Assembly (NCBI GenBank): GCA_043800725.1
Contig: JAZDMR010000015.1
Coordinates: 68,065 to 132,064 of the forward strand
DNA: 64,000 nucleotides
Reading direction: 5' to 3'
Origin: a bacterium
GTDB taxonomy: Bacteria > Patescibacteriota > Patescibacteriia > HK-STAS-PATE-3
A program made the translations under genes and the position numbers. Shown here piece by piece: positions 48,159-57,979 of this stretch. Position 1 is the first letter of the stretch. Each line of letters opens with the position of its first letter. Below the pieces are notes generated by a model. It was not told where the DNA came from. It made no database searches and saw nothing but the letters and a program-made list of their open reading frames with translations.

Positions 48159-50015
48159 CTACTTCTCTTCCCAGCTAATCATAACGTATTGCCCGGTGGT
48201 TGGGAAAGAGGGCGGTGGTCCAAAAACCAAATTATCATCAAATATTAAATTACGAATAGCATAGCCGGTACCGTCAGTATAAGCCCAGCCATATCGGTTA
48301 TAGGTGGCAATCGAGCCGTATGATGTCAAGACCGACCTATTAACAAATTGGCCGCAATTATCAGGATTGTATCGATTGGCGTCTAAGTGGAAATCTCGAT
48401 AATAATAGCGACCAGCGCGTCCTTTTTGTGCGATAACCGCAGCGTCAATCCTTAGATCGTCTTCGCTATAAAATCCAGATGAAATATCCTCTTGAGCAAT
48501 TAGGCCAATTATATCAGATCCGTCATAGTTGGTATAAAGCAAATCATTATTGATAATTATTGTGGCATTGCCGCTGGCTAATGGTTCGCGGGCCGCTACT
48601 ACGGTTATTTGGGCAGTGTCAATTTGACCGTCTATCCATATTTCATCTTCAGCAAAAACAATTCCATTTGTTGGAAAGGGGACATTTAAAGAGCTGCCGC
48701 CTTCGTAAATAAAGCTAGTTTGATTGCCCACCGAATAAATATCGTTATAACTTGACCAACCTCCAATTCGATAACGGCAAATACTTTGACTGGTCACACG
48801 ATATAAATCCATCGTGTCATCAGTCTTTAAAACAATATGATAACCCTCGTCTCCGGAGGGAGGAAGATAAACTCCACTGGAGCTTTGGGCATCGGCTTTT
48901 ATTTGAGCCAAGTCAGCGGTAATGTTACCAAAATCAATCGGAGCAACTGGAAATTCCTTTCCGCCTAAAAAGACCGTATTGGGGTCTGGCTGATGAGTAT
49001 GAACGCAGTCTTCATTGGGACCTACGTGATCAGGATCATCATAAGTATTACAAGAACTGGTTATCAAACCATGAGCTACCCCGTCAAACCTGATTCCGTT
49101 ATTTGAATGGATATGACCATAAGACTCTGTACCAATCCCAAAACGCATAACACTATTGGCCACTACAGAATACTCTGAAAAAGACGGCTCACCAAATCTG
49201 GCCACGATAGTGCGTTTTAGATTAGGTTCGGAAATTAGGTATCCGGTGGAGCTGACCGTAGTGATAGTTGAACCAGAAGCAGGGGGAGTGACTGTTAAGC
49301 TGTAGTGACCCATGGTCTGACCATAAAAGTCTAAATAATCGTGAATAAACGGTCCTGAACCGGGAGCTGCAGAAACTGATATAGTATACATTGACAAAGC
49401 TCCGGAAGCTCCATCTGCTAAATTTCCACCCAAAGTAATTTGACCGGCTGAAAATTGAGCTTGCCAGACATGTAAAGGCGAAGCGCCGGAATCACTTACC
49501 GAAATAGTTAAACCAGTGTCTATAAAAGCACTGGTAAGCCAATCAGGAGGCGTACCCCTGTCATCGTAGCCAAGATAGACGTTTACTAATCGATTTGTTT
49601 CAAAAGTGAAGAAGTCAGTATTTGTTTGGTCATAGTCAGCTTGCTTGGTTTTTATCCAGAGTAAATCCGTCAATTCCTCAGGAATCAATGTCAGGGTATC
49701 TGTCGAATCAGTATAATATGTTTCAGAAATATCAAGATAAGCCTGCTGATAATCAGAAATAGAAAAATCATCAAGAATGACCAAGTCCCCGTCGGTATAA
49801 TCATCAGAATCATGAGTTAGGTGCCAGCGATAATAATTAATTCCTGCCTCGGCAATTGTAAAGACCTGTTCGCGATCAGTGGCACGCTTACTTAACCTTT
49901 TTTCAGCGTTGATTAAATAAAGAGCAGCAGTAAAAATTATCAGCATTAAGGAGCTGATGACAATTATAAAAAGTATTTCTACGCCCTGGTTATTTTTATA
50001 TAAACGTTTAAACAT
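48159..50015 (-). CDS. PilX-like minor pilin with large C-terminal domain and an inserted module
   Basis: Prepilin-like QG+hydrophobic N-terminus, AEAGINYY, G.IHSNNGIRFDG, PPP.FP C-terminus. Confidence 0.75.
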   Translation of the reverse strand: MFKRLYKNNQGVEILFIIVISSLMLIIFTAALYLINAEKRLSKRATDREQVFTIAEAGINYYRWHLTHDSDDYTDGDLVILDDFSISDYQQAYLDISETYYTDSTDTLTLIPEELTDLLWIKTKQADYDQTNTDFFTFETNRLVNVYLGYDDRGTPPDWLTSAFIDTGLTISVSDSGASPLHVWQAQFSAGQITLGGNLADGASGALSMYTISVSAAPGSGPFIHDYLDFYGQTMGHYSLTVTPPASGSTITTVSSTGYLISEPNLKRTIVARFGEPSFSEYSVVANSVMRFGIGTESYGHIHSNNGIRFDGVAHGLITSSCNTYDDPDHVGPNEDCVHTHQPDPNTVFLGGKEFPVAPIDFGNITADLAQIKADAQSSSGVYLPPSGDEGYHIVLKTDDTMDLYRVTSQSICRYRIGGWSSYNDIYSVGNQTSFIYEGGSSLNVPFPTNGIVFAEDEIWIDGQIDTAQITVVAAREPLASGNATIIINNDLLYTNYDGSDIIGLIAQEDISSGFYSEDDLRIDAAVIAQKGRAGRYYYRDFHLDANRYNPDNCGQFVNRSVLTSYGSIATYNRYGWAYTDGTGYAIRNLIFDDNLVFGPPPSFPTTGQYVMISWEEK

Positions 50016-50019
50016 ATAT

Positions 50020-50622
50020 CTATAAATTGTCCTTAAGATTTCTCAAAGTTGCCGATGATTCTATTACTACAGCTTCGAGTTTTTCCCCGGGGGTTTCGTC
50101 AATTGATACAAAAAAACCGACATGCCTAACCGATGTTGAGTTGACTGGCTGTATTAAGGGATTTTGTGTACCGGTGAATGTGCCGTCATAATAGGTAAAA
50201 GTTGGCGTAGCTCCATTGTCCACAAATTCAGTAATAATATTGGTTATTTCGTTTTCAGCAGGATAGTCAGCCGGCATACCCACGGGATCAATTATTCCCC
50301 GCCAAAGAGTTCCGCCCGATAGCCAATAGTGAACTCTTTCAACCCCGCTGTCGCTATCGATATTTGAATAAAAAGCTATTTCATTAGGACTAACAATTGC
50401 TAAAGAATATGCCCCATTATCGCCTGATTGCGCTTCACGAAATTCACCAATTAAACGTTCCAGAGCAAGTCTGGCGCGTGATAATACAGAGGTTTTGTCC
50501 TGAAGCTTAAAAAAGGATACATAGCTATTACTGACAAAAATCATCATAGCAACCAGGATAAAACTGAAAATGCCAATCGTGACAATCACTTCTATGATTG
50601 TAAATCCTCGTAATTTTGTCAT
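50020..50622 (-). CDS. PilW-like minor pilin
   Basis: RGFTIIEV prepilin motif (start at MTKL), EFREA, C-terminal LRN. Confidence 0.85.
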   Translation of the reverse strand: MTKLRGFTIIEVIVTIGIFSFILVAMMIFVSNSYVSFFKLQDKTSVLSRARLALERLIGEFREAQSGDNGAYSLAIVSPNEIAFYSNIDSDSGVERVHYWLSGGTLWRGIIDPVGMPADYPAENEITNIITEFVDNGATPTFTYYDGTFTGTQNPLIQPVNSTSVRHVGFFVSIDETPGEKLEAVVIESSATLRNLKDNL

Positions 50623-50623
50623 T

Positions 50624-52822
50624 TTAACTGGGTGATAATTCAACGTCATAAACAATGTCACCATTAACGTCAACCGAATCAATATATTCGTTATAGCCGT
50701 TACGATTTACTGTAATTTGATACGTGTCAGTATCCATAGGTCCAAAGAAAGTTTGTCCAGGAGGAACGCATCCAGCACTGTGGATTAATAAAATCTCGGA
50801 AATACTTGGAGTTACACTAGGGTCGGCCGTGGAAAAAGAAATCTGATATCTAATATATTGGTCATTAGTGTGACCGGCCCACAATGAATCACCGCTAACC
50901 GTATAATAAGTTCCCGAAGTGCCATCTGGTCCGACGAAATTCCAGGTTGCCTGATCAGTATTAGTGGCAATCTGCAATTTTATACTATCAGCACCGGTTT
51001 GAGCTGGCTGGCTAATTGGAGACCAAAGAGCGTTGTCAAAAGCGCTATTTGCACCAACATTCATAGTTGATGAGGTTAAAACGCCAGAAGCCCGATAAGC
51101 TGAATAATCATAATCAATCAAAATATCCAGCAACTCTGGGGAGGTATCTGCCAAGGTGGTTGACAGAGTGGCTCGCCAGCGCAGATCAGTACCGGTAATA
51201 ATAAAATTATGAGCTACTCCCGGAGTAACTGGTTCGAAATTAACTCCGCCATCGGCTGATAATTCATAAATTATTGTTTGGTCATTTAGGTTTTCTACAG
51301 CTGATAAAGTAGCTTCAGAAATTTCTCCCTGTTCAGGATTAATTCGCAAAGATTGAACAACAGATGGTGATTGATACTCATCCAAGTCAAATACTAGCTT
51401 TACCTCACCATTCGCAGTGTTCCAGTCAGCAGTAGTCTCAGCAAAGTCTTGATAAATACTTGTGTTAAAGGTTTCCGACAAGCTTGAATTTAATAAGTCC
51501 TGTAAAAGTTTTATTTCGCCCGCTTGAGTAATATCCAGATTGCCATCCTGGGAGAAAAACATTGTTGTGTCTGTATAGTCAATCTGACCTGAGCCGCCTG
51601 ACCAATCAGTCTGGGATAAAGTACCTTGGCCGGTTGATTTTGTTTCATCGTAGTCAACGCCGTCTTCTACGCGCACGGTCGCATCAGAAAGAGGCGTAAG
51701 AGTGCCTGAATCTCTTACTGAAATAAGCAAGGTATTGTCTTGGTTAGGCAGTAAATGCACGTAAACAGTTTGATTGCTGGCTGGCAGGATATTATATGGC
51801 TGATTTATCGTGGTGCCCGAAACATCATATCCTTCGGAAGGGTCAACAGTCTGGGAATAAATATCCCAGCGCAAATCATTGAGTATTATTTGTCCTGATC
51901 CGTCAGTGGTGTGAGCTTGATTATAGCGATAAACATCTGGCTCAGTGCCATCAAGCCATGACCCTTGCAAAGTCAATTCAATGTTTGGTATGGCCGTGCA
52001 AGTATTATCAACCGTCAGAAGAGTAAGTTCAGCTGTTTGATCGATAAAAAAGGCTAGACTAGTAACATCACTGGCCATCACAGAAGTGTCTGGACGAGTT
52101 GGATTAGGGTTATTAATATCAGGAGTTACGGTAAAATCATCACTATAGCCGATTTTTGATATCTCGATATGATAAGTGTCCAAGGCCGGCGGCAGAGATG
52201 ATAAAATTAAATTACCATCATTATCAGTAAAACTTATTATGTCAATAACTGGCGTAGTAGTTGAATTGGTAACATGCACATCTGCCTGGCCCACGGGAAA
52301 ACCTTCTGCATCAATAGTTCGAATATGCAGAGAGCCAGTACCGTCATCACCTTCAACGCCCGGAGGTACAAAATTTGAAGATAGACTAACTGGAGTATTA
52401 CAAGGATAATGGCTCCAGCATACCCTGATATCAATTAGCTTATAATCACCCGGATGAGTGTCTAATGGTTTGCTGGGAATTGAGCCAAAAGCATTGCCAT
52501 CAAATGGGTCATCAATATATTTTGGTAAGATGGTAATCGTAAATGTCTGACCATTTCTTGTAATGCTGCGGGTATCTTCCAAAACTCCCTGAGGCCAGCC
52601 CATAAGCGTTCCAATATCGTCATAAGGCAGATTTCTTACAATTTCCATTTGTTCATTGGCAATTGATATTGCAGTAACCCTAACTCGAGCAACGCCGATC
52701 GCCTGAAGTCCTGAATAATAAAGGCCCAAAGCAGCACCAATAACAATAATTAGCAGGCTTAAGCCCACCAAGGTTTCAATTAAAGTTAGACCAGAATTAT
52801 TTTTATTGATCCCCCCGAACAT
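50624..52822 (-). CDS. Large PilV-like minor pilin with carboxypeptidase-regulatory-like (Ig-like) domains
   Basis: SGLTLIE prepilin motif, ANEQME.VRNLPY, repeated TD..G / Y.I...K.GY beta-sandwich motifs. Confidence 0.8.
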   Translation of the reverse strand: MFGGINKNNSGLTLIETLVGLSLLIIVIGAALGLYYSGLQAIGVARVRVTAISIANEQMEIVRNLPYDDIGTLMGWPQGVLEDTRSITRNGQTFTITILPKYIDDPFDGNAFGSIPSKPLDTHPGDYKLIDIRVCWSHYPCNTPVSLSSNFVPPGVEGDDGTGSLHIRTIDAEGFPVGQADVHVTNSTTTPVIDIISFTDNDGNLILSSLPPALDTYHIEISKIGYSDDFTVTPDINNPNPTRPDTSVMASDVTSLAFFIDQTAELTLLTVDNTCTAIPNIELTLQGSWLDGTEPDVYRYNQAHTTDGSGQIILNDLRWDIYSQTVDPSEGYDVSGTTINQPYNILPASNQTVYVHLLPNQDNTLLISVRDSGTLTPLSDATVRVEDGVDYDETKSTGQGTLSQTDWSGGSGQIDYTDTTMFFSQDGNLDITQAGEIKLLQDLLNSSLSETFNTSIYQDFAETTADWNTANGEVKLVFDLDEYQSPSVVQSLRINPEQGEISEATLSAVENLNDQTIIYELSADGGVNFEPVTPGVAHNFIITGTDLRWRATLSTTLADTSPELLDILIDYDYSAYRASGVLTSSTMNVGANSAFDNALWSPISQPAQTGADSIKLQIATNTDQATWNFVGPDGTSGTYYTVSGDSLWAGHTNDQYIRYQISFSTADPSVTPSISEILLIHSAGCVPPGQTFFGPMDTDTYQITVNRNGYNEYIDSVDVNGDIVYDVELSPS

Positions 52823-52825
52823 TTG

Positions 52826-54028
52826 TTAAATTGCGTCGCTCAATGAATAAATTGGCATAATAATTGCCACCGCCATAAGACCGACTGCTCCTCCAAGTAA
52901 TAGCATTAAAACTGGTTCTACAATTGTGGATAAATTGCTCATGGTATTGTCTACCTCTTCTTCATAAAAGATGGCGATTTCAGCGGAAATACTGTCTAAG
53001 CTGCCGCTTTTTTCGCCTACTGAAACCATCTGCAAGAGTAAGGGCGGGAATAATTTTGGTTGTTTGGATAAAACCTTTGAAATAGTTGAACCGGTTTTAA
53101 GTTCTTCAGCAGCCTTTTCCATTGTGGTTCGATACAAGCTATTACTCATGGTTTTTGAAATAATTTGAAAACTCTCTACGATATGGATATCAGTTTCTAA
53201 AAGTGATGAAAGAGTTCTGGTAAAACGGGCAAGATTAATTTTTTTTATAATTGTTCCGGCAATCGGAGTTACTAGTGTTAATTTATCGATTGATCGGTGA
53301 ACTTTGGGATTTTTTAGTAGCCTAACAAAGACAATGGCCAGTAAAACAACCACTACGGCCAATATGTATCCATAATTAATCAATAAATCACTGAAGCCTA
53401 TTAATATTTTTGTAAGCAGGGGAAGCTCGACTTTAGATTCTGTAAAAACAGTCACCAGATTGGGAATTACAAATATCGTTACGGCTATGCCGATGCCAAC
53501 CATGGATATTAAGACAATTATCGGATAAGTCAGGGCATTTTTAACCTTAGCAATTAACTGATGGTCTTTTTTTAGCTGGATAGACAATCGTTTGAGGACT
53601 TCATCAAGCTTACCGCTGGCCTCTCCGGCAGCAATCATACTGACGAATATTTCACTAAAAATGTCAGCATGTTTTTCCAATGAGCTGGAAAAAGTTTTAC
53701 CTGATTTGACGTCTTCGGTGACTTCTTCAATAACTTGCTTAAATCGTTTGCCCTTAACCTGTTGAGACATTGTTTCCAGGGCTAAACTTAATGAAAAACC
53801 GGTTCGGACCATTACCTCTAGATTCTGGGTGAAAAACAATTTCTGTACCAGCGATACTCTGTTAAAAATATGATCAAATATGGAAGCCTTGCTTTGCAGA
53901 GAGGCTAGCGTGATTGAGCTAAAACCATCATGTTCCAATTTATCTTTTGCGGCTTTTTCCGAGATAGCCGTTATTGAACCTGACTTATGGTTGTCGCCTT
54001 TATTACCATGATATTTAAATAGTGGCAT
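52826..54028 (-). CDS. pilC: Type IV pilus platform protein PilC/GspF
   Basis: AGEASGKLD, ALTYP, VGEKSGSLD, IVEP. Confidence 0.95.
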   Translation of the reverse strand: MPLFKYHGNKGDNHKSGSITAISEKAAKDKLEHDGFSSITLASLQSKASIFDHIFNRVSLVQKLFFTQNLEVMVRTGFSLSLALETMSQQVKGKRFKQVIEEVTEDVKSGKTFSSSLEKHADIFSEIFVSMIAAGEASGKLDEVLKRLSIQLKKDHQLIAKVKNALTYPIIVLISMVGIGIAVTIFVIPNLVTVFTESKVELPLLTKILIGFSDLLINYGYILAVVVVLLAIVFVRLLKNPKVHRSIDKLTLVTPIAGTIIKKINLARFTRTLSSLLETDIHIVESFQIISKTMSNSLYRTTMEKAAEELKTGSTISKVLSKQPKLFPPLLLQMVSVGEKSGSLDSISAEIAIFYEEEVDNTMSNLSTIVEPVLMLLLGGAVGLMAVAIIMPIYSLSDAI

Positions 54029-55756
54029 TTATTCTTTTGTTACCCTAAGTATTTCTTCAATGGTTGTTAAGCCCATTTTTGCTTTAATAAAACCGTCCTG
54101 AATCATTATCAGCATCCCATCTTTAATGGCCTGGGCCTGTATTTCATCAGAAGTGGCTTTTTCCATAATTAGCTTGGCTATTGGTTCAGTGATATCCAAT
54201 ACTTCATAAATTCCAATACGACCCTTATATCCCTCTGAATTGCACTGTTTACATCCCTTGCCACGATAAAAAAGCAATTCATCGATTGATTGTTTGGAAG
54301 ATAAAATAATACCCTCTCGCTCGAGAGCTTCAAGGATGAACTGCACATTGATCTGTTTTTCCAGTTCCAAAATAGCTTTTTTTGATAATAGGTAACTTTC
54401 AATGCAATTAGGGCAGATTTTTCTGACTAAACGCTGGGCGATAACAATATTAGTGGTAGAAGCGATTAAAAAAGTCGGAACCTGCATTTCTGTTAAACGG
54501 GGCAAGGCGGTTACCGCGTTGTTGGTATGCAAAGTTGATAATACCAGGTGGCCGGTCAGAGCAGCTTGAGTAGCCATATTAGCGGTTTCATTATCACGAA
54601 TTTCACCTACCATGATTATATTGGGATCTTGTCTTAATAAAGATCTTAAGCCATTAGCGAAAGACAAGCCGATTTTAGGATTGACCTGTGTTTGATTGAT
54701 TCTGGGTATGCGATATTCGATAGGATCTTCTACGGTGGAGATATTTACCTTGGCAGTGTTGAGAATGCTCAAGATCGTATAAAGAGTTGTTGTTTTGCCT
54801 GAACCGGTAGGGCCTGTGACCAAAATCATGCCATGGGGTTTTTTTACATTGCGCTGCAAACTTTCCAGGGAGCTAGGCTGTAATCCAAGCTGCTGAAGAG
54901 TTAGAACTTGGGCTGATTCCTGAAGAAGGCGCAGAACAACCTTTTCACCGTCATACACAGGTAAGATAGAAACGCGAAATGATACCTTGTGTTCTTCAGT
55001 GTTAATTTTAAACCGGCCGTCTTGAGGTAATCTGTGCTCGTCAATTTTTAGATCAGAGAGTATCTTTATGCGGGCGATAACTCCCGTATGGATTGATTTT
55101 GGCAAAGACATGACATCTCGCAAAATTCCGTCAATCCGATAGCGCACAACAGTATCGTGCTCAGTCGGTTCAATGTGAATATCAGAAGCGCCTTCATAAA
55201 TGGCATATTCCAATAAAGTATCAACAATCCTGACAACCGGCAGGTCTTCAGCCAGCTCTTTTAAGTCTTTCTTTTTTGAAATAGAAGAATCATCAACTTT
55301 AGCAATATCTTTAAATTCGGCTTTTAAGCCCCTATGATATTGCTTTAAAACCTCGCTAATACTTGAAGGAGTAGTCAGTGACAGATCTATTTTTAAGCCA
55401 GTGCGTCTTTTAATAAACTCAAGTATCTGAAGATCGCTCGGATCAAGAGTAACCAGTTTTAAAATGTCGTCTACTTTATCATAAGCTACGATATTATGGA
55501 CTTGGACAACCGGTTCGGGAATATACTGTAAAATATCTCGACGGATGACTTGATTTTTTAGATTAATAAAGGGCAAACCATAAAATTTAGCCAGTCCTTC
55601 AAAAAGGATTGACTCAGAAACAAGATTGGATTCAATAAGATAATCATCCAAAGGCTGGTTTTTGTTCCGAGCATCCAAAGCCGCCTTATCAATCTGTTCT
55701 TCGCTTAGGAGCTTGCCTTGTAAGATTATCTCCTTAAGTTTTTTTTCGTTTATCAT
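54029..55756 (-). CDS. pilB: Type IV pilus assembly ATPase PilB/GspE
   Basis: ASDIHIEP, RLPQDGR, GPTGSGKTTT, LRQDP, GHLVLSTLH, CPNC/CKQC. Confidence 0.96.
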   Translation of the reverse strand: MINEKKLKEIILQGKLLSEEQIDKAALDARNKNQPLDDYLIESNLVSESILFEGLAKFYGLPFINLKNQVIRRDILQYIPEPVVQVHNIVAYDKVDDILKLVTLDPSDLQILEFIKRRTGLKIDLSLTTPSSISEVLKQYHRGLKAEFKDIAKVDDSSISKKKDLKELAEDLPVVRIVDTLLEYAIYEGASDIHIEPTEHDTVVRYRIDGILRDVMSLPKSIHTGVIARIKILSDLKIDEHRLPQDGRFKINTEEHKVSFRVSILPVYDGEKVVLRLLQESAQVLTLQQLGLQPSSLESLQRNVKKPHGMILVTGPTGSGKTTTLYTILSILNTAKVNISTVEDPIEYRIPRINQTQVNPKIGLSFANGLRSLLRQDPNIIMVGEIRDNETANMATQAALTGHLVLSTLHTNNAVTALPRLTEMQVPTFLIASTTNIVIAQRLVRKICPNCIESYLLSKKAILELEKQINVQFILEALEREGIILSSKQSIDELLFYRGKGCKQCNSEGYKGRIGIYEVLDITEPIAKLIMEKATSDEIQAQAIKDGMLIMIQDGFIKAKMGLTTIEEILRVTKE

Positions 55757-55776
55757 CCCCCAAAAATTACAAAAAT

Positions 55777-55805
55777 ATTATAACAGACAACCAATAAAAC
55801 GTAAA
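55777..55805 (-). promoter_or_regulatory. Putative sigma70 promoter for the pil operon
   Basis: Minus strand TTTACG-17-TATAAT with TGn. Confidence 0.6.
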
Positions 55806-55810
55806 GGTAA

Positions 55811-57604
55811 TTATGGGAGATGATAAACCATTATTGAGCCGCGCAATTTAGCAACAGGCTGATATTTTTTAAGCCATCCATAATCAAGATTAGGATCAAA
55901 TAACGCGCTAATGCTGATTGCCACTATTCCGCTTGGTGTACCATAAATTTTAACTTCTTGAGTTGAAGGAAGATGCTTAAATTCCATATTCATGGCCGAT
56001 AAATCACCGGAGAAAAAAAATGCTCCATAAACATTATCAAGATTATTTTCAGCTAAATAGTCACGAAGCTCATAAAAGCCCTGTCCCCAGTCCAAATTTG
56101 AATCCAGAAGATAAAGCGGCCCGTTTTTTGAGCCGCCTACTGATTCAGAAAAATATGACATATGGTTGGGATAGGTTATTAAAGAAACAAGCAATGTTAT
56201 GGCGATAAAAAAAGAAATTATAATCTTACCAAATCTGATTATCAGCAAATTTTTAAAAGCTACGGCGATAAAAAGATAAATAAAAGGAAAAACTGGTAAA
56301 AGATGTCTTACACCAAGATTGATATGACTGAATAAGCTAGATACAAAATATATTAAAGGAGGAAGAATCAACAAATAAATCCAAAAAGGGGCATGAGCGA
56401 GTTTTTGATTTACGACTTCGAATTTGTTTTTTAATTTTTGACCGGATATTTCTATTAGGCACTTAAAAAAAGCCAAAAAAGAAATTAGTAGGGTTAATCC
56501 AAACAAGATAATTATTGATAAAGGAGTTTTAACTAAAAAAGCCACTGGAAAATAATACCACCAACCCATATTTGACGATTGGCCAAGAAGATAGGTTCCG
56601 TGGCCATAATAATTATGAATAGCCAGCTCAACTATCCCATTGAAGTAATGCAGAGCCGGAATAGGAAAGGTCTCTGACAGCGCCTTAATAATTACTCCTG
56701 GTTGATTGGCCGGTTCTAGTACTCGATTCCAAAAAGGAATTTGTGAAACGGCATCAGCGTAGCCAATCATGCCGGGATTTCTATTGAGGTTATTATAAAA
56801 GTTTTGCACGTCGGCCAGTTCAGAAGCCGGCTTGAGCTCAAAACCGTATGCCAGCCAAATTATCAGACTAGAAACTATAAGAAGTATGCTAAAAGTAATT
56901 AGAAAGCTTTTTAGCGAAATATTTTGGTTTGAAGTTTTATGGTTATCTTGCCACCAATAAATTAAATAAAGCAGTATTAATATCGGCCAGAGAATAAGAG
57001 CTGAAAATTTCGTAATTTGGGCAAGGCTGAAGATTAGCGCAAACTTTAAAAAATTTCTTTTATTTGGTTTAAGCAAGTATTCCCAAAATAGAAAGATTGT
57101 TAAAATATAAAATAGTCCCAAGGCCAGATCGGTGGTTATTAAGCGACCGTGTGCCAGGATTACAGGATCGAGAGAGAGCATGAGGGAGGATAAAAGGGCC
57201 GGCCATGTGCCGAATATCTTGCGAGCCCAGATGAAAACAATTAGGATTAATAGCGCGGTTAAGATGATTATTGGCAATCGACCTAGGAAAATTAGCGTTC
57301 TATCAGACTGCGTGTTATGGTATAAAAACTGACGAGCAAATTCCCACTGGTTCCCGTCCTGCCAGCTAGGATGATAAGAAGGGAAGTTGAGATTAAGAAA
57401 AAGTAAAGGCGCACTGGATAATAATTTAATTAACGGGGGGTGCTCGGGATTGAGATCGATTTGACCATTTATCCAATATGAATATCCGCTGGCCAAATGA
57501 GTGCCTTCATCAATTGTTTGTGAATCGCCCCAGGCAGCTGAAATTTGCACTATTAAAAAAAGTGCGATAGTACTGACTAAAATAAATTTCTGTAATAAAC
57601 TCAT
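55811..57604 (-). CDS. GT39/PMT_2-like (ArnT-type) membrane glycosyltransferase
   Basis: TIDE..H..SG, NPEHPPL.K, TTD, TKFS, GVRHLLP, DSNLDWGQ; start taken at MSLLQK. Confidence 0.85.
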   Translation of the reverse strand: MSLLQKFILVSTIALFLIVQISAAWGDSQTIDEGTHLASGYSYWINGQIDLNPEHPPLIKLLSSAPLLFLNLNFPSYHPSWQDGNQWEFARQFLYHNTQSDRTLIFLGRLPIIILTALLILIVFIWARKIFGTWPALLSSLMLSLDPVILAHGRLITTDLALGLFYILTIFLFWEYLLKPNKRNFLKFALIFSLAQITKFSALILWPILILLYLIYWWQDNHKTSNQNISLKSFLITFSILLIVSSLIIWLAYGFELKPASELADVQNFYNNLNRNPGMIGYADAVSQIPFWNRVLEPANQPGVIIKALSETFPIPALHYFNGIVELAIHNYYGHGTYLLGQSSNMGWWYYFPVAFLVKTPLSIIILFGLTLLISFLAFFKCLIEISGQKLKNKFEVVNQKLAHAPFWIYLLILPPLIYFVSSLFSHINLGVRHLLPVFPFIYLFIAVAFKNLLIIRFGKIIISFFIAITLLVSLITYPNHMSYFSESVGGSKNGPLYLLDSNLDWGQGFYELRDYLAENNLDNVYGAFFFSGDLSAMNMEFKHLPSTQEVKIYGTPSGIVAISISALFDPNLDYGWLKKYQPVAKLRGSIMVYHLP

Positions 57605-57609
57605 AATAT

Positions 57610-57978
57610 ATGCCCAACGAGGAAGCGGCGGTACAGCATAAGGGGAATTTTTGGAAGAAATCATCGAATTTCTTCTATATCGTGATTGCTTTTTTTATTA
57701 ATAGCCTGATTTGGCTGGCTATTTGGTATTATGCGGGAAACAAAGGCGATTTTTTACCTCTGCATTATAACACTCAACTAGGCATCGATAGAATCGGTCC
57801 TTGGTATGAACTGTTTTACATGCCCGGCGCAGGATTATTATTTATTATTGTAAATTATTTATTAGCTTGGCGAAGCTGGAAAGAAACCGCCTTATCAGAT
57901 ATTCTATTAATAGGCACAATAATTATTCAGTTAATTATCGGAATCGCCGTGGCTTTCATTATATATCAATTTTTATAG
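57610..57978 (+). CDS. Three-TM membrane protein (DUF1648-like)
   Basis: LPLHYN..LGID..G motif after TM1. Confidence 0.65.
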   Translation: MPNEEAAVQHKGNFWKKSSNFFYIVIAFFINSLIWLAIWYYAGNKGDFLPLHYNTQLGIDRIGPWYELFYMPGAGLLFIIVNYLLAWRSWKETALSDILLIGTIIIQLIIGIAVAFIIYQFL

Positions 57979-57979
57979 A

